NCBI RefSeq assembly: GCF_039654945.1
Contig: NW_027361784.1
Span: 13,454,001 to 13,518,000 of the forward strand
From: Dendrobates tinctorius
Taxonomy: Eukaryota
Length of the DNA: 64,000 nt
Direction: 5' to 3'
The stretch's first letter is position 1; each line of letters begins with the position of its first letter. Made by a program: the position numbers and the translations under genes. This document shows, one piece after another, positions 28,580-42,713 of this stretch. The notes below the pieces were generated by a model. The model was not told the DNA's origin and searched no databases. It saw only the letters and a list, made by a program, of their open reading frames with translations.

Positions 28580-28984
28580 AGCCCCGTTACACACTGCGAT
28601 ATCGCTAGCAATATCGCTGTAAAGTCACCGATTTTGTGACGTTGCAGCGATATTGCTAGCGATATCGCTGCATGTGATACTTACCTCCGACCAGCTCCCC
28701 CGCTGGTTATCGCTGATCGCGCGAGAAGCTCCTGGACCATTCCTCGTCGACAACTTCCTGCTGGGCTTCCTGTGGCGCCAATGAGCGATGCGTGGAGCCG
28801 GGCGAGAGGACGCAGGATCGCCGCGTCTGACAGGTAAGTAGCGATCCCCGACCACCGCTATGTTGCTGGTGAGATCTGCCTGTGTGGCAGCTCACTAGCA
28901 ACCACCTAGCGATGCACCAGCGATCCTGACCACGTCATATCACTGGTCGGGATTGCTGGTGCATCGCTAGTTGTAACGGTACCC
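28580..28984 (+). mobile_element. Harbinger-like CpG-rich MITE, copy 1
   Basis: gccccgttacac...ttgtaacggtaccc-tta. Near-identical inverted copies at 33015 and 57274. Confidence 0.88.
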
Positions 28985-30031
28985 TTAGACACAGCCAAAC
29001 ACCCCACATAGCACATAGCATAATTTATTTAGTTGTTTTTTCATTATTACTGTGTATATTACACAGAGCAAGCATTGTGTATGCAAATTAGGAAACACTG
29101 TCAGAACTGTCTCCTATGATTTAGTGATAAAGTGATTGCTGAAGGTCGGGGGGTACATGAGTAATAGTTGATGAATTCTTGGAAACTCTTTTATGCAGCC
29201 AGAATGCAGCTGAACTTCTCTTGTAACTGGGTTTTAAATACAAACCACAGTTACAGAGAAAGGCAGCAACAAAAATAATGTATTGATATGTTAAAATAAC
29301 TCCAAAGATCTTTTAAGACTGTATGCAGGAGCACTAATGTATGTGTAAAATATATAAAAATAAATGAATAAAAAACAAGAAATAAGTAATCAGAACAAAA
29401 AACAATAGACACCCCTACTCCAAATAACTGCTTATTTCCTCATATCCATTGAAAGTACTTTGATATTGGAAAAAAATAGAAAGTGTGAAAAATCTAATGT
29501 CGAATCTAAAATATCTTATATGATAATACCAGTTCATAATTTCTGCTTATAGTAGAGCTATGAAATCAATTAAAGGTTTAATTTCCAGTGGTTCTCAATA
29601 ATTCTTGACAGCTTCTACTGACAAATTCTTTGTTCAAATGTCCAGAACTTATTTCCATATTTTAAACTGTCTAGGGATAAAAAACATAATAAATAAAATT
29701 GAGAATCCCTTAATTCATTGAATTGTGAAGGTAATGTCCTAATATGTCTTCAGTTTTTTTTTTGCAATCTGCAGCTGCAATTACTTTTTTTAAGCTGGAT
29801 CAAAAAGTAAAGTCTGCACCTTTTCGTCTGCCCAAAAAAAAACAGCAACTGGATCCTTATTTTTTAATACTTAAGTATATGAGAAATCATTAATGACAAA
29901 TGGTTATGTCCTGTGTTATTTGTTTTTTAAGTACTTTGCATGCCCACAACTTAAAGATGCGCAGAAAGAATTGTAGCAAAAACGGGTCCATTATATCCAG
30001 TTTTGCTTTGTTTATAATGGTCCAAGGAATT

Positions 30032-32130
30032 TTTACCCCCTTCATGACCGAGCTATTTTCCATTTTTCCTGTTTCATTCATACCTCTCCTTCTTCCAAAA
30101 GACATAACTTTTTATTTTTCCATCAACATCTGCTTTTTGCAGGTCTAATTGTACTTTTGCATGACCATCTTACCACACAATGTACTAGATAAAAATTTCA
30201 AGTGAAGTAAAATTGCAAAAAAGTGCAATTCCACAATTTTATTTTTAACCATATTGAGTAAATGGTAAAACTGACCTGGCAATATGATTCTCTATATTCT
30301 GTACAATTAAGCATATGCCAAGGATGCATAGGTTTTTTTTTACTTCAGGGTTGAAAAAAATTTGGTTATTGGTAAGAATTTATTTTTTGCCTTCGTTATC
30401 ATTTTCTGACATTCATAACGTGTTTTATTTTTGGAATATGAGTGTTAGGGCTAGTGGAAGGCAACAAATAATATAAAGATAGTAATAAGGTGCGTTCGCA
30501 GCCCGGGGTCCACCATGCAGAAATGTTGACTGCTGCTCGGTAGTGGCGGATACAAAATGGCGGTATCGCACTGGACACACAAGGGTTAAATGTCACCCGG
30601 TGTGTAGTTGCGACGAGCTCTGTTACTTCACAGTGTTATGGAACCACAGAGCACAGATACTGTACCCTATTAATAGTCACAGGGTACAGCTGAATCAGCA
30701 CTAGTGTTCGGTCTCAAGACTCAGCCCCAAGGATGCGGGGTAAGAGCCTCTCTAGATCCACTAAGCACAAGGCGCCACACTGGCGAATGCCACTAATAGA
30801 TGCTGGCTACTGTGGAGTGCAGACTAAGTGCACAGTGGCATACAGGCAAAACCACTACTTGGCACTGATGCTAGGCCCTGACTCTGCTTTCTACCTGCAC
30901 TATCAGCCTAGGCACTAACTGGTAGGGCTGAACAACACATGCGTACCAAGGATAGGGGTTTCATAATGTGTCAGTCACCAGAGACAGTTATATGTGCTTA
31001 CAACACTCACTCCACATGGTCTATACTAGTGCTCAGCCATGCGGCCATGCAATCCTTTTATAACCACAGCCTTCCAGGACCTTGTTGATGGTCCAATCCG
31101 AGCTGCTTGAGGACCTGAGCATGTGACCACTGATCACCAATGAGCAGTCATCTCACGGGCATGCTCAGATGGAGAAAAGCAGGACTTATTCCCAGGAGTG
31201 TCTGCTGCCACTGACTAATGCTGATTGCTATAGCTGAACCTGGGGCGGTAGCAGCAACCAAAAGCATATCATTAACATGAGCAAAATGCTGGGACCGATG
31301 TCTCTGCTGAGCAGGATCCTTTGCAGCTGAAGAAGAATGGGAGACCGCAGAGGACATGGCTCGAGATTCCCCCTGTGCAGCAAAGGGATCCTGACGCCTA
31401 ACAATGAGGCTATTTGATGGCTAAATTTTTTGCACCCTGAGCTGAAGTTTTTACTGATACCATTTTGCGGTAGATATGATGCTTTTAATGCCTCTTATTG
31501 CATTGTATTGCACTGTTGCAGCGGTCAAAGAGTCTTAATTCTGGTGTTTCAATTTTTTTTCTCGCTATGATGTTTACTGATCTGATTAATATATTTTATA
31601 TTTTGATGGATCAAGCTTTACCAAATTTGTGGATTTTTATTGTTTTATTTTAATTGGTCAAAAATAGTGATTTCAAATTTTGTAATTTTTTATATTTTTT
31701 AAAACTTTTTTTACTTTTTGCTGTATTTAATAGTCTCTTTAGGGGAATTTAAGTTACAATTTTCTGATTGCTTCTTCTATACATAGCAGTGCATCAGCAT
31801 TGCTATGTACAGCGGAAATCACTATTTCCTATGAATGCTGGCCACAAGCTGGCTTTCACAGGAGAATCGTAATGATAGTCAATGGGGTCTTAAGCAGATG
31901 CCCAATTGTCATGACAATCCTTTGTCTACCTGTGAATACATCAAACACTCACCAATGGGCACATGGAATAACGGGTCCAGCTGTCAGAGATTGACATTTA
32001 CATTTAACATCTTAACAGTCACTTTTAGAGGTAGATTGATATCTTATTAAATCAAACATCATCTGCCGAGAAAGTTGTGGGCTCAAATTGCAAGCCCACA
32101 TCAAAGGCAGGGACATGACATTTGACATAA
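30032..32130 (+). mobile_element. Decayed TTAA MITE (family of 10751) interrupted by a solo LTR
   Basis: Starts tttacccccttcatgacc. Collinear with 10751-11876 on both sides of the LTR. Confidence 0.72.
30443..31403 (-). mobile_element. Solo LTR (Gypsy-type), 961 bp
   Basis: TGTTAGG...CCTAACA termini with perfect 5-bp target duplication ATGAG (30438-30442 and 31404-31408). Strand is inferred. Confidence 0.88.
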
Positions 32131-33014
32131 TTTGCTTAAGGCTTCCCTCTGGATTTCAAAACATTTTACTGCTAATATGTTGGCAGACTACACTCTCCTT
32201 TCTGTCAATAATGGAAAGAAAATAACAGCTGTGTAATGCAGAAAAAGTTTTGTAGAAAAATAAAGCATAGATGAGAAAGGCAATGTTCCTAGCAGAACAC
32301 TTGATCATTATATCTTGTCCCAAAATGTCTCTATAAGTCTGATAATTGAAGCTTAGTTCCAATAGTTCCAACAATTTATCTCAAATAGACTGATTTCTTT
32401 GCTAAAATGACTTTAAAAATGGGATGATTAAATTATGCAGTATTTATTAACAGGAAAAAAGCACTTGCCTAATTCTACACTTTGATGGATCCTCATTGCT
32501 CATCTGAAGACTGGAGGGCATAAACTCCATGAAAAAAATAACTTAAAACATCTTGTAAATAATTCAAAAGTTTTACATCCTTTTTGAAAATTATGTATTT
32601 TATTAAACTTTTAAGCTTAATTTATAGCAAAACTTGATCATTAGTACTTGACAATAGACCCAATGGAACATCATTTCTAATGGGAAATCAAGTCTATTAT
32701 TACTTTGGAGTGTTCGGAGAAAGATGTACATTTTTTTGTTGTTCAATTAGCTTTTTTATTTTGTTCCTTGATTATATTACATATTCTTTATTTTGTTTCT
32801 TTATTTTCTAATGTGGTTTTTACACACACGTAAAATTCTATCAATTCAGAGTCTAATTTTGATTGACAACGATTATATTTGATGCAAATTGAATCAATTA
32901 AGAAAGGGGCAGGATTTTATAGTCACCTCCTAGTATTTGCTAGATTGCTTTTTCTTTCATGTCTATTCTATCTTATGTTCGGCCAGGTTTTCTGTTTACA
33001 AAACCCAAGTCTTA

Positions 33015-33408
33015 GGGTACCGTTACACTAAGCGATGCACCAGCGATCCCGACAACGATATGGATCGCTGGTGCATTGCTAAGTCGTCGCTAGTGAGCTG
33101 CCACACAGGCAGATCTCACCAGTGACATAGCAGCGGTCGGGGGTCGCTACTTACCTGTCAGACGCGGCGATTCTGACGTCTTCCGCCCACGTCCATGCGT
33201 CGCTCGTCGGCGCCACAGGAAGCCCAGCAGGAAGCGCCCGACCAGAAATGGTCTAGGATGTTCTCGCGCGATCAGCGACAGACAGTGGGGGAGCCGGTCG
33301 GAGGTAAGTATCACATGTAGCGAAATCGTTAGCAATATCACTGCTGCGTCACAAAATCAGTGATGTTACAGCAATATTGCTAGCGATATCACTATGTGTA
33401 ACGGGCCC
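33015..33408 (-). mobile_element. Harbinger-like CpG-rich MITE, copy 2
   Basis: TTA-GGGTACCGTTACAC...GTGTAACGGGCCC-TTA. Confidence 0.9.
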
Positions 33409-34271
33409 TTAAGTGCGTGGCACGACGCATGTCAATGATGTGTGTCATGCCCCATAAGATGCTTTTGGGCCTAGTGAATAAAAATTTAAAAGACAGAAAA
33501 TAGAAAAGACAATCAAACGACCAGTTGTGGTGGGAAAAGTATGGGGAAGATCAAGGAGATTCATTAGAAGTTCTCTCTAATCCAGCAAAGTGGAAACCAG
33601 CTGGTGGCCATTTTGTGTGACTCATCTGAAAAAACAATGGTAAAAAAGATCAGACTCTGATTAATCAAAATTTAATATAAAATTTGAAACAAATTTGATT
33701 TGATTCTTAATCTGTTAGTTCAAATCTACTCTAATAATTTACTGATAATCTTAAAAAATGTATTTAAGCCAATAGTGACAAGGACTCTAGTGTCGTCTGC
33801 TTCAAGAATTCATTTTTTTTTTCATTCCCTTTGCATGAATTCAGCCAAATGGCAGCCAGGTAGCAACTCTTTTGCTGAACTATTGTGAACAAATGGTGAA
33901 AAACAAGACTCGTAACTTAAATATACCTCTAACACATCCTTCCATCTGGTGAACCATGCCTCCTCTCACAATATTGACTTGATGCCGGGCTTGTGGCACT
34001 CGGTGTGACTCAAACATGATGATAGAACCTGGCACTCAACTTAATGCTGAGACAAGTGGTGGATGCCGTGTCAATGCACAGACGACCGCGCTCCCTAAGC
34101 CTGTTACTCACTTTAACATTGCTGGCATTAAGACTGTTTATCTTATTGATGCGGATATATTTGCCTGTACTGCTGTACACTTGTTCTGGAACTGTTAGTA
34201 CGTAATTGATGAAGGTCCTTGGGACCGAAACATTTGTTTAGTACTACAAATAAAGCAACTATTCACCAGCA

Positions 34272-35547
34272 TTAACCCCTTAATGTCTAATGACGGACAC
34301 AGTCTGTCATTAGACATATCCCCTGCTTTGATGAGGGCTCCGGCCCTGAGCCCGCATCAAAGCCGGGACATGTCAGCTGTTATGAACAGCTGACATGTGC
34401 CCGCAATAGGCGCGAGCGGAATCGCCATCCGCCCGCACTTATTAACTAGTTAAATGCCGCTGTCAAAGCTGACAGCGGGCATTTAAATAGCATTTCCGGC
34501 CACCGGGCCGGAAATGACCTCATCGCCGACCCCCGTCACGTGATCGGGGGTCGGCGTCATGTTGCCTGGACAACCAGAGGTCTCTATGAGACCTCTATGG
34601 TTGTTCCAGGCATATGGCTTTCAGCACCACCCGATGGTCGGCACTGAAAGCAGAGCAGTAAATCAGCTACATATGGGCGATCTGCTCATCGCCCATATGT
34701 AGCAGAGCCGATCGGGTTGCGCAAGCTTCTAGCCTATTGAAGCATGCCAAAAGTAAAAAAAAAATGTTTAAAAATAAAAAAAATTAAAAAAACCTAAAAG
34801 TTCAAATCACCCTCCTTTCACCCCAATCAAAATAAAACAGTAAAAAAAAAATCCCACATACACATATTAGGTATCGCCGCATTCAGAATCGCCCGATCTA
34901 TCAATAAAAAAAAGCATTAACCCGATCGCTAAACGGCGTAGCGAGAAAAAAATTCAAAACGCCAGAATTACGTTTTTTTGGTCACCAAGACATTGCATTA
35001 AAATGCAATAACGGGCGATCAAAAGAACGCATCTGCACAAAAGTGGTATCATTAAAAACGTCAGTCTGGCATGGAAAAAATAAGCCTTCACCCCACCCCA
35101 GATCATGAAAAATGGAGACACTATGGGTCTCGGAAAATTGCGCAATTTTTTTTTTTTTTTTTTAGCAAACTTTGGAATTTTTTTTCACCACTTAGATAAA
35201 AGAGGACATAGACATGTTTGGAGTCCATGAACTCGTAATGACCTGGAGAATCATAATGACAGGTCAGATTTAGCATCTAGTGAACCTAACAAAAAAGCCA
35301 AGCAAAAAAACAAGTGTGGGATTGCACTTTTTTTGCAATTTCACTGCACTTGGAATTTTTTTCCCGTTTTCGAGTACATGATATGGTAAAACCAATGATG
35401 TCATTTAAAAGTACAACTCGTCCCGCAAAAAATAAGCCCTCACATGGCCATATAAACGGAAAAATAAAAAAGTTATGGCTCTGGAAAGAAGGGGAGGGAA
35501 AAATGAAAATGTAAAACCAAAAATACCCCTTGTCGTTAAGGGGTTAA
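34272..35547 (-). mobile_element. TTAA piggyBac-like MITE (family of 10751), inverted and relatively young
   Basis: TTAACCCCTTAATG...CGTTAAGGGGTTAA. CpGs largely retained. Confidence 0.9.
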
Positions 35548-36619
35548 GTTGAGAGCCAGATTCTATTTATACATATCACATGGTGTGGGAACCTACCTCG
35601 GCAACTTCAGCATTAGTGTGCACGGTTTCTTTGTCTGTTCAAACATGATGATGACATGAAGGCATGATGTGCATTGCCTAAAGTTTTGTCTGCATCATGC
35701 TGTCCATCATGACAACATGCCATCAAGATGTCTGAGAAGATTGTGAACAAACCCAGATAAAAATTGAGGAGAGACTTCAGGGAATAATAAAAAAACACTT
35801 TGATTTGCAATTAACAAATTTGCTTCAACCTTAATTTCCTGCCAAATTCAAGCAAATTGATGAATTAGAAGAGTCAGATTCGCTCATCTCTACTCAGTAT
35901 TAGTTTTGTATAGAGAGCAGTTTCTTTCTTCACTATGTGCAGTGCAGCTAAGTAATAGACGGTTTCACCTTTAACTTTCTGACAATTTTGTTAGTGACTC
36001 CAGTATTTTCAGATACAAATTTGATACATATAGTCAGTTCTCTATTACTAATCACTTGTGATTTTAATCATTATGTCAACACTTTATTATTATAAAATGA
36101 TAAAGACTCAATAATTCAACGCATTTTTGGGATCTGCAGGAGTTTGTGCACTGCGAGGTCACAAACATCTTTATTGTAAATGGCGGTAAATTTACTTTAA
36201 CTATTCCCCAAATTTGCTCATGAACTTTACTGCAAAGAAATCTCATGTAGCACAGATAAAGTCCGCTTCCCAATATTTTTACAATGCCCATGTTCAAAAC
36301 AAGCAATCATTTTTTTTTATTTCATTCATTTATGGAAATCCAGACCCTTGCCTAACAGGATGCTGCCTTCTGTGGCAAAAAAACATTTCCAATATTATTA
36401 GTAATGACTCCTGTTTAAAACAAAATAAAGAAAGATATTGTTAATGGCTAAATTTGTGACACTTACGGTTTATCTCAAGTTTCCATAAATTGGGAACCTG
36501 AGGTAAAAAATAATGTTGGATGTTACTAGAGAGGAGCAGATTAGACAAAATACAAGTTTGTCTGTTTATGTAAATTTTCCCATAAAATTAGATGTGCGGA
36601 GAAGATGCAATGAGGACAT

Positions 36620-37100
36620 CACGGTCATGCTAGCAAGAGCCAATATATCGGACCAGTGTAATCCAACAAAAATTCAGATTGCACTCAGACCAATGTCATA
36701 CAGTGAGGCAGTGCAAATCTGAAATCTTTTTCTCATGCCGATCCAGCATTGTTTTCTTATGCTGGATTACCATGAGAAAAAGATCGCAGTACACTGAAAG
36801 TGCATCAGATGATCGCATTGCACTCACCTAATCAAGTTTATGGGTGTGAGTGAAAAATTGGGCTGCACTCAGATATCATTTGAATGCAATCCAATGAACT
36901 CATACAAGATCGAAGTGGAAGTTGGAGAATGTTTTGTCTCCACTTCCCTGCTCCTGTGCTGCCATTTTCTCACGCGAGAGAATTGGATCAAACTAAGGTG
37001 CCACTAGGATCAAACTGTGACAGAGCTTGATCTGAGTGTCATTAGCATAATTGACCTGATTTTCTCGCACAAGGGAATATTTGCCTATGTGACCATGGCC
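36620..37100. mobile_element. Decayed Harbinger-like MITE (related copy at ~56290-56682)
   Basis: Ends atgtgaccatggcc-tag. Shares gtgtcattagcataattg and gagagaat..gatca with 56560-56660. Confidence 0.55.
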
Positions 37101-39561
37101 TAGGGGTGATGGTAAGGAGCTGATGGGAAGGAGAGGTGACTATAAGATTTTTTACATTTTTTTAAATTTTGATGACCCTTTATGGTTCAGAAAAATAGCA
37201 AACAGCAGCTGTCATTTTTCTCAATATGGGTGGAAGTGAATTAAAAAAGCACATTTTGTCGAATGAGCATTTTTAAAAATTCAAGTAGATTTCAATTCTA
37301 CTCAAATGCATTTGTTCATCTCTACTGGATACCAAAAAGTATTTAGCACGACAATTGATTTACTGTATTCATTTACTCCATAAAATTTCTGTCTCTTAAG
37401 CTGTTCCTGTTTTGCTAGCTAAATCAGGTAGAGCATATAATAGCATAAGCCTGCTCTGCACTAAAAGGCCACATTCAAACATCCCTCCGTCAGGAACAAT
37501 GGATCTGATAGGCGCAGCTCTTCTACTTTCATTTCTCCCTTCTCACCAGATTTTCAGGAAACCCCCCTCCCTCTAGATAGTCTCCTGGCTCTAGCTGCTG
37601 TGTGAAACCTGATACCACAGTTGGTCTGCAGAGCTTCAGGAAGGAAGATATAGCTGTGCTGGCTTCTCAGGCTCATTGGTCCCAAATACATCACACTTTA
37701 TAAGGTTGGTATGTAATGTTTTTAGTCATTACTATTGTTTATTTAGCTTGTTTTATGAATGGATAGAGAAAGGTTTGTGGATATTTCATATAAATAAGGC
37801 AGATTTTCTTACAAATGAAAGTGTACTTCTCAGGAGTTTTTGAAATTTGTGTATATCAAAGTTATTACTTTTATGTTGAGTAAATGGGTTTGTTTTGCAC
37901 CTGATAATGTGTAGTCTCTTTTATTACATCCCTATGAAGGTCTCTGATCACTTTTAGATCACTGAAATTAGATATTCTAGGCATTTTTCTAGCCTGCGCT
38001 TGACAGGCACATTGTTCCATAACGAGTTAGTGCGAATATTGTTCCTGACGGAGGGTTTTAAAGGCTGAAAAAATTTGTGGATACCATCCGCGCTGCTATG
38101 CAAATGACGGTTCAGACTAGTTAAGGGTAAAATGTTGATAGTTTTAATCTCAATCTCAACGCGTTTTGAAGTCAACAGGACTTCTTCCTAGAGCTAACAG
38201 CTATTAGAGCAGAAACCTGACCCTTAATTTAACAATATAGTTAGTTACCAAAATACTAAAATTAGGGAATATTTATTGCAAAGTTAGTGTTTTCCTCTCC
38301 AAATGTAAAGTTAGTGTTTTCCTCTCCAAATGTAATTTTACTTTTTTTTTCAGTTTGAACTTCTCTCTCAGCAGGCCTCTGTCTGCCCTCTGACAAAATT
38401 ACAAGTGAGAGAAGAGGCAGGGAGCTGCGGGAGAGCACAACTGGCTATAGCCTGCTAGTCAGGCTGTGACCGAAGTGAGAGGATTATTACAGCTCTTCCG
38501 CATGTCCTGGCTGGAGACATTATGATTTCAACACTGCTCTTGATCTAATTCTACAGTGCCACCTAAAAAGGTAGCGTTCTATAATTAATGGAGTATTCTC
38601 ATGTTATGGAATTGAAATATTTAATTACATTTCAAGAAAACAAGAAAGTTTGCAATTAATTTGCTTTTCTATCAGTTGTTATTCTCCACCTGAGAGATAT
38701 TTTATTTTTCATACAGTACAGCTTATTGCCAATAAAATGAACAATAAAAGTCTAGCCAAGTATTGGCAGTGGCTACACTTCAGGTTGAGGAGTTAACTAA
38801 TAAGATCCAAACCACCTCTCTCCAGTCTAGTGGTTTGTATAGAGCAGTTAGCTGCTCACTACCTACCCCTTCTTCTCAGCTCCTGATGTGTTATCAGTCC
38901 TGAAAAATCACATGCCCTCAAATACCACTTGTACCTGCACCGGAGAAGTTCAACATTCTTTACTCTAACTTACCCCAAGCTATGTGAAAGTTCAAAGACA
39001 CTAAAGCACTGTTATCTCCTCATGCAAATTTATATATATAAAAATGAGTATATGTATGTATGTATGTGTGTATCAAGCCATGCCCATTGCACATAGCCCT
39101 GCCTACTCCACATAGCCCCACTCAATCCACACTTAAAGCCCCATATAATAAATATCTAATCTCTATATATAATATTAAATGTATGTATGTATGTGTGTGT
39201 ATCACCAACCAATCGCGAAGCATCTTTCATTTTACCAGAGCTGTTCAAAAGAAGCTAAGCTGTGATTGGTTGCTATGAGCAACAGTTTTCCTTGCAATCA
39301 ATCACTAAGCATCTCTCATTCCACTAGAGCTGGTTGTTTAAAAGTAGCTGAGCTGTGATTGGTTGCTATGAGCAAGTTTTCCCACTTGACAACACCTCAG
39401 CAGACACTGACATGATGGGAGAAATCTAGCATCCCCAGGAACATAAGCTCCCAGCCATTGTCTGCCCCCCCTGAAAGGAGCAGAGAGCACATGACAGAAA
39501 TGAATCCCCCTTCCCTGCCCATATCCCCATCACACATCCTCCATCCCATAGGCACATCTTC

Positions 39562-40237
39562 CCTCTTAAGGGGATCATTGGTATGGAAGTCAGAGCAAAT
39601 CCATCCAGGGCTTTGGTTTTGACCCCAGGCCTCTCTTAAAGGGATCCCTGGTATGGAAGTTAGGACCGTTACACTGAGCTCTGTGGTTCTGACCCCAGGA
39701 TCTCTTAAAGGGATCATTGGTATGGAAGTTAGGGCAAATCCACTCTGGGCATTGGTACTGACCCCAGGCCTTTCTTAAAGGGATCTCCGGTATGGAAGTC
39801 AGGGCAAATCCATCCAGCGCTTTGGTTCTGACCCCAGGCTCTCTTAAAGGGATCTCCTGTATGGAAGCTAGGACAAATCCCTCAATGCTCTGATTCTGAC
39901 TCCAGGGTTCTATTAACGGGATCATTGGTACGCAAGTCAAGGCAAATCCACTCAGTGCTCTGGCTCTGATCCCAGTCTCTCTTAAAGGGATCCCTGGTAT
40001 GGAAGTGAGGTCAAATCCACTCTGCGCTTTGGTACTGATCCCAGGCCTCTCTTAAAGGGATCTCCGGTATGGAAGTTAGGGTAAATCCCTCAGCTCTCTG
40101 ATTCTCACCCCAAGCTTCTATTAAAGGGATCATTGGAATGAAAGTCAGGACAACTCCACTCAGCACTCTAGTTCTGACCCTAGGCCTCTCTTAAAGTTAG
40201 GACTGATCCAGTCAGCGCTCTGGTTCTGACCCCAGGC
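39562..40237 (+). repeat. Minisatellite, ~69-bp unit, ~10 copies
   Basis: ctcttaaagggatc...tatggaagt...ctgaccccagg at 39562, 39633, 39702, 39772, 39841 and onward. Confidence 0.92.
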
Positions 40238-40780
40238 TGACGGGATGATGTGGGATATTAGGGGTAGTAGTCCGGTGGCTCTGGCTGATGGGATGATGTG
40301 GGATATTAGGGATAGTAGTCCTTTGGCTCTGGCTGACGGAATGATGTGGGATATTAGTGGTAGTAGTCCGGTAGCTCTGGCTGACGGGATGATGTGGGAT
40401 ATTATGGGGAGTAGTCTGGTGGCTCTGGCTGACGGGATGATGTGGGATATTAGTGGTAGTAGTCCAGAGGGTATGGCTGACGGGATTATGAGGGATATTA
40501 GGGGGAGTAGTCCAGCATCTGTGATGGGATGATGTGGGATATTAGTGGTAGTTTTCTGGTGGCCCTTGCTGACGGGATGATGTGGGATATTAGGGGTAGT
40601 AGTCTGGTGGCTTTGACAAGATGATGTGGGATATTAGGGGTAGTAGTCCGGTGGCTCTGGCTGACAGCACAATGTGGGATATATGGGTAGCAGTCCGGTG
40701 GCTCTGGCTGACGGGATGATGTGGAATATTAGAGGTAGTAGTCCGGTGGCTCTGGCTGACGGGATGATGTGGGATATTAT
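40238..40780 (+). repeat. Minisatellite, 48-bp unit, ~11 copies
   Basis: gggatgatgtgggatattaggggtagtagtccggtggctctggctgac repeated. Confidence 0.95.
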
Positions 40781-40924
40781 AGTGAATGTGGCTATGCGGA
40801 GTGGCAGGGCTCTATACTCAGCATTATATATAGATATAATCAGTATAATTCATTATAACTAACCGTAGATAGTTACTTCGCCCGGGCAGTGGCGGGCTCT
40901 TCATCTAGTATATATATAATAAAT

Positions 40925-42713
40925 ATCTAATCTAATATTTATGTATATATATATACAGTATATATTAAATATCTAATATATATTTCATAGGCATATCTTC
41001 TTGACCACAACAAGTTTCACTGCCTGTGTTGCCCATTGCAACCAATCACTAAGCATCTTTCATTTCACCAGAGCTGTTTAAAAGATGAAAGCTGAGCTGT
41101 GATTGGTTGCTATGAGCAATATTTTTTTGTAGACAGTTGTGGTAACTGAGACCTATTATTCTTATCATTTCTATGGTGTTATCATCCTTCTGTAAAGCTC
41201 GGAATACCACAATTTATTACCATGCCAACACAGACCACCCTCTGACACAGACTGCAGGGGGAGGGAGCCTAGAATCAGGAACGTCTCTTTGTCTGGCATA
41301 AAGCATCTCATTAACTTAACAATTCAAATAGAGATTAAAAAAAAGAAACACAAGCTGGATTTCTCCAACGCAGGTACATTTCAATCAGTGTAACAGCCCC
41401 AACCTGACAATGTTCAATGTTGGCTCTCACAGGATGATGTGGGATATTAGGGGTAGTAGTCATTGGCTCTGATCTAATAATGTGGGATATTAGGGGTAGT
41501 AGAGTGGTTGCTCTGATGGGATGATGTGGGATATTAGTGGTGGTAGGTAGTCTGGTGGCTCTGTCTAATGGGATGATGTGGGATATTAGTGGTAATAGTC
41601 TGGTGGCTCTGTCTAATGGGATGATGTGGAATATCAGGGGTAGAAGTCTGATGGCTCTAACGGGATGATGTAGGATATTAGGGATAGTAGTCCAGTGGCT
41701 CTGGCTGATGGGATGATATGGGATATTAGGGGTAGTAGTCCGGTGGCTCTGGCTGGCAGGATGATGTGGGATGTATGGGGTAGTGGTCCAGTGGCTCTGG
41801 CTGTCGGGATGATGTGGGTTATTAGTGGTAGTATTCCAGTGGCTCTGACGGGATGATGTGGGATGTTAGTGGTAGCAGTCTGGTGGCTCTGGCTGACGGG
41901 ATGATGTGGGATATTAGGGGTAGCAGTCTGGTGGTACTGGCTGGCAGGATGATATGGGATGTTATGGGTAGTAGTCCGGTGGCTCTGGCTGATGGGATGA
42001 TGTGGGATATTAGGGGTAGTAGTCCGGTGGCTCTGGCTGGCAGGATGAAGTGGGATATTATCGGTAGTAGTCCGGTGGCTCTGGCTGATGGGATGATGTG
42101 GGATCTTAAGGCTAGTAGTCCGGTGGCTCTGGCTGACAGGATGATGTGGAATATTAGGGGTAGTAGTCTGGTGGCACTGGCTGGCAGGATGATATGGGAT
42201 GTTAGGGGTAGTAGTCTGGTGGCTCTGGCTGATGGGTTGATGTGGGATGTTAGGGGTAGTAGTCCGGTGGCTCTGGCTGGCAGGATGATGTGGGATATTA
42301 AGGGTAGTAGTCCAGTGGTTCTTGCTGATGGGATGTTGTGGGATATTAGGGGTAGTAGTCCAGTGGCTCTGGCTGGCAGAATGATGTGGGATGTTAGGGG
42401 TAGTAGTCCGGTAGCTCTGGCTGATGGGATGATGTGGGATATTAGTGTTAGTAGTCCGATGGCTATGACTGATAGGATGATGTGGTATACTAGGGGTAGT
42501 AGCCAGTGGCTCTGGCTGGTGGGATGATGTGGGATATTAGGGGTAGTACTCCGGTGGGTCTGGCGGGATGATGTCGAATATTAGAGTGAGTTTGGCTATG
42601 CAGAGTGGATGGGGCTATGCACTCAGCTTTATATATAGATATAATCTTTATAATTTGTTATAACTAACCTCAGTTAGTTACTATGCCCAGGCAATGCCGG
42701 GCTCTTCAGCTAG
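40925..42713 (+). mobile_element. Non-autonomous Helitron-like element 2, head-to-tail with element 1
   Basis: Same 5' module (aaccaatcactaagcatc...gtgattggttgctatgagcaa). 3' hairpin gcccaggcaatgccgggc (42685-42702) then CTAG|t (42710-42713). Confidence 0.75.
41432..42585 (+). repeat. Minisatellite, 48-bp unit, ~24 copies
   Basis: Same unit as 40238-40780. Gives the 16-aa periodic ORF 41853-42527. Confidence 0.95.

Larger units (their letters stand above)
39150..40908 (+). mobile_element. Non-autonomous Helitron-like element 1 carrying two minisatellites
   Basis: 5' a|TC-TATATAT-type start. 3' GC hairpin gcccgggcagtggcgggc (40880-40897) then CTAG|t (40905-40908). Confidence 0.72.

Noticed and set aside
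38280-38335. 27-bp tandem duplication
   Set aside because: Ordinary slippage duplication in AT-rich intron.
41853-42527. 224-aa periodic ORF (MMWDIRGSSPVALADG)n
   Set aside because: The 48-bp unit is a multiple of 3 and stop-free in one frame. Neighbouring units contain frame-breaking indels.
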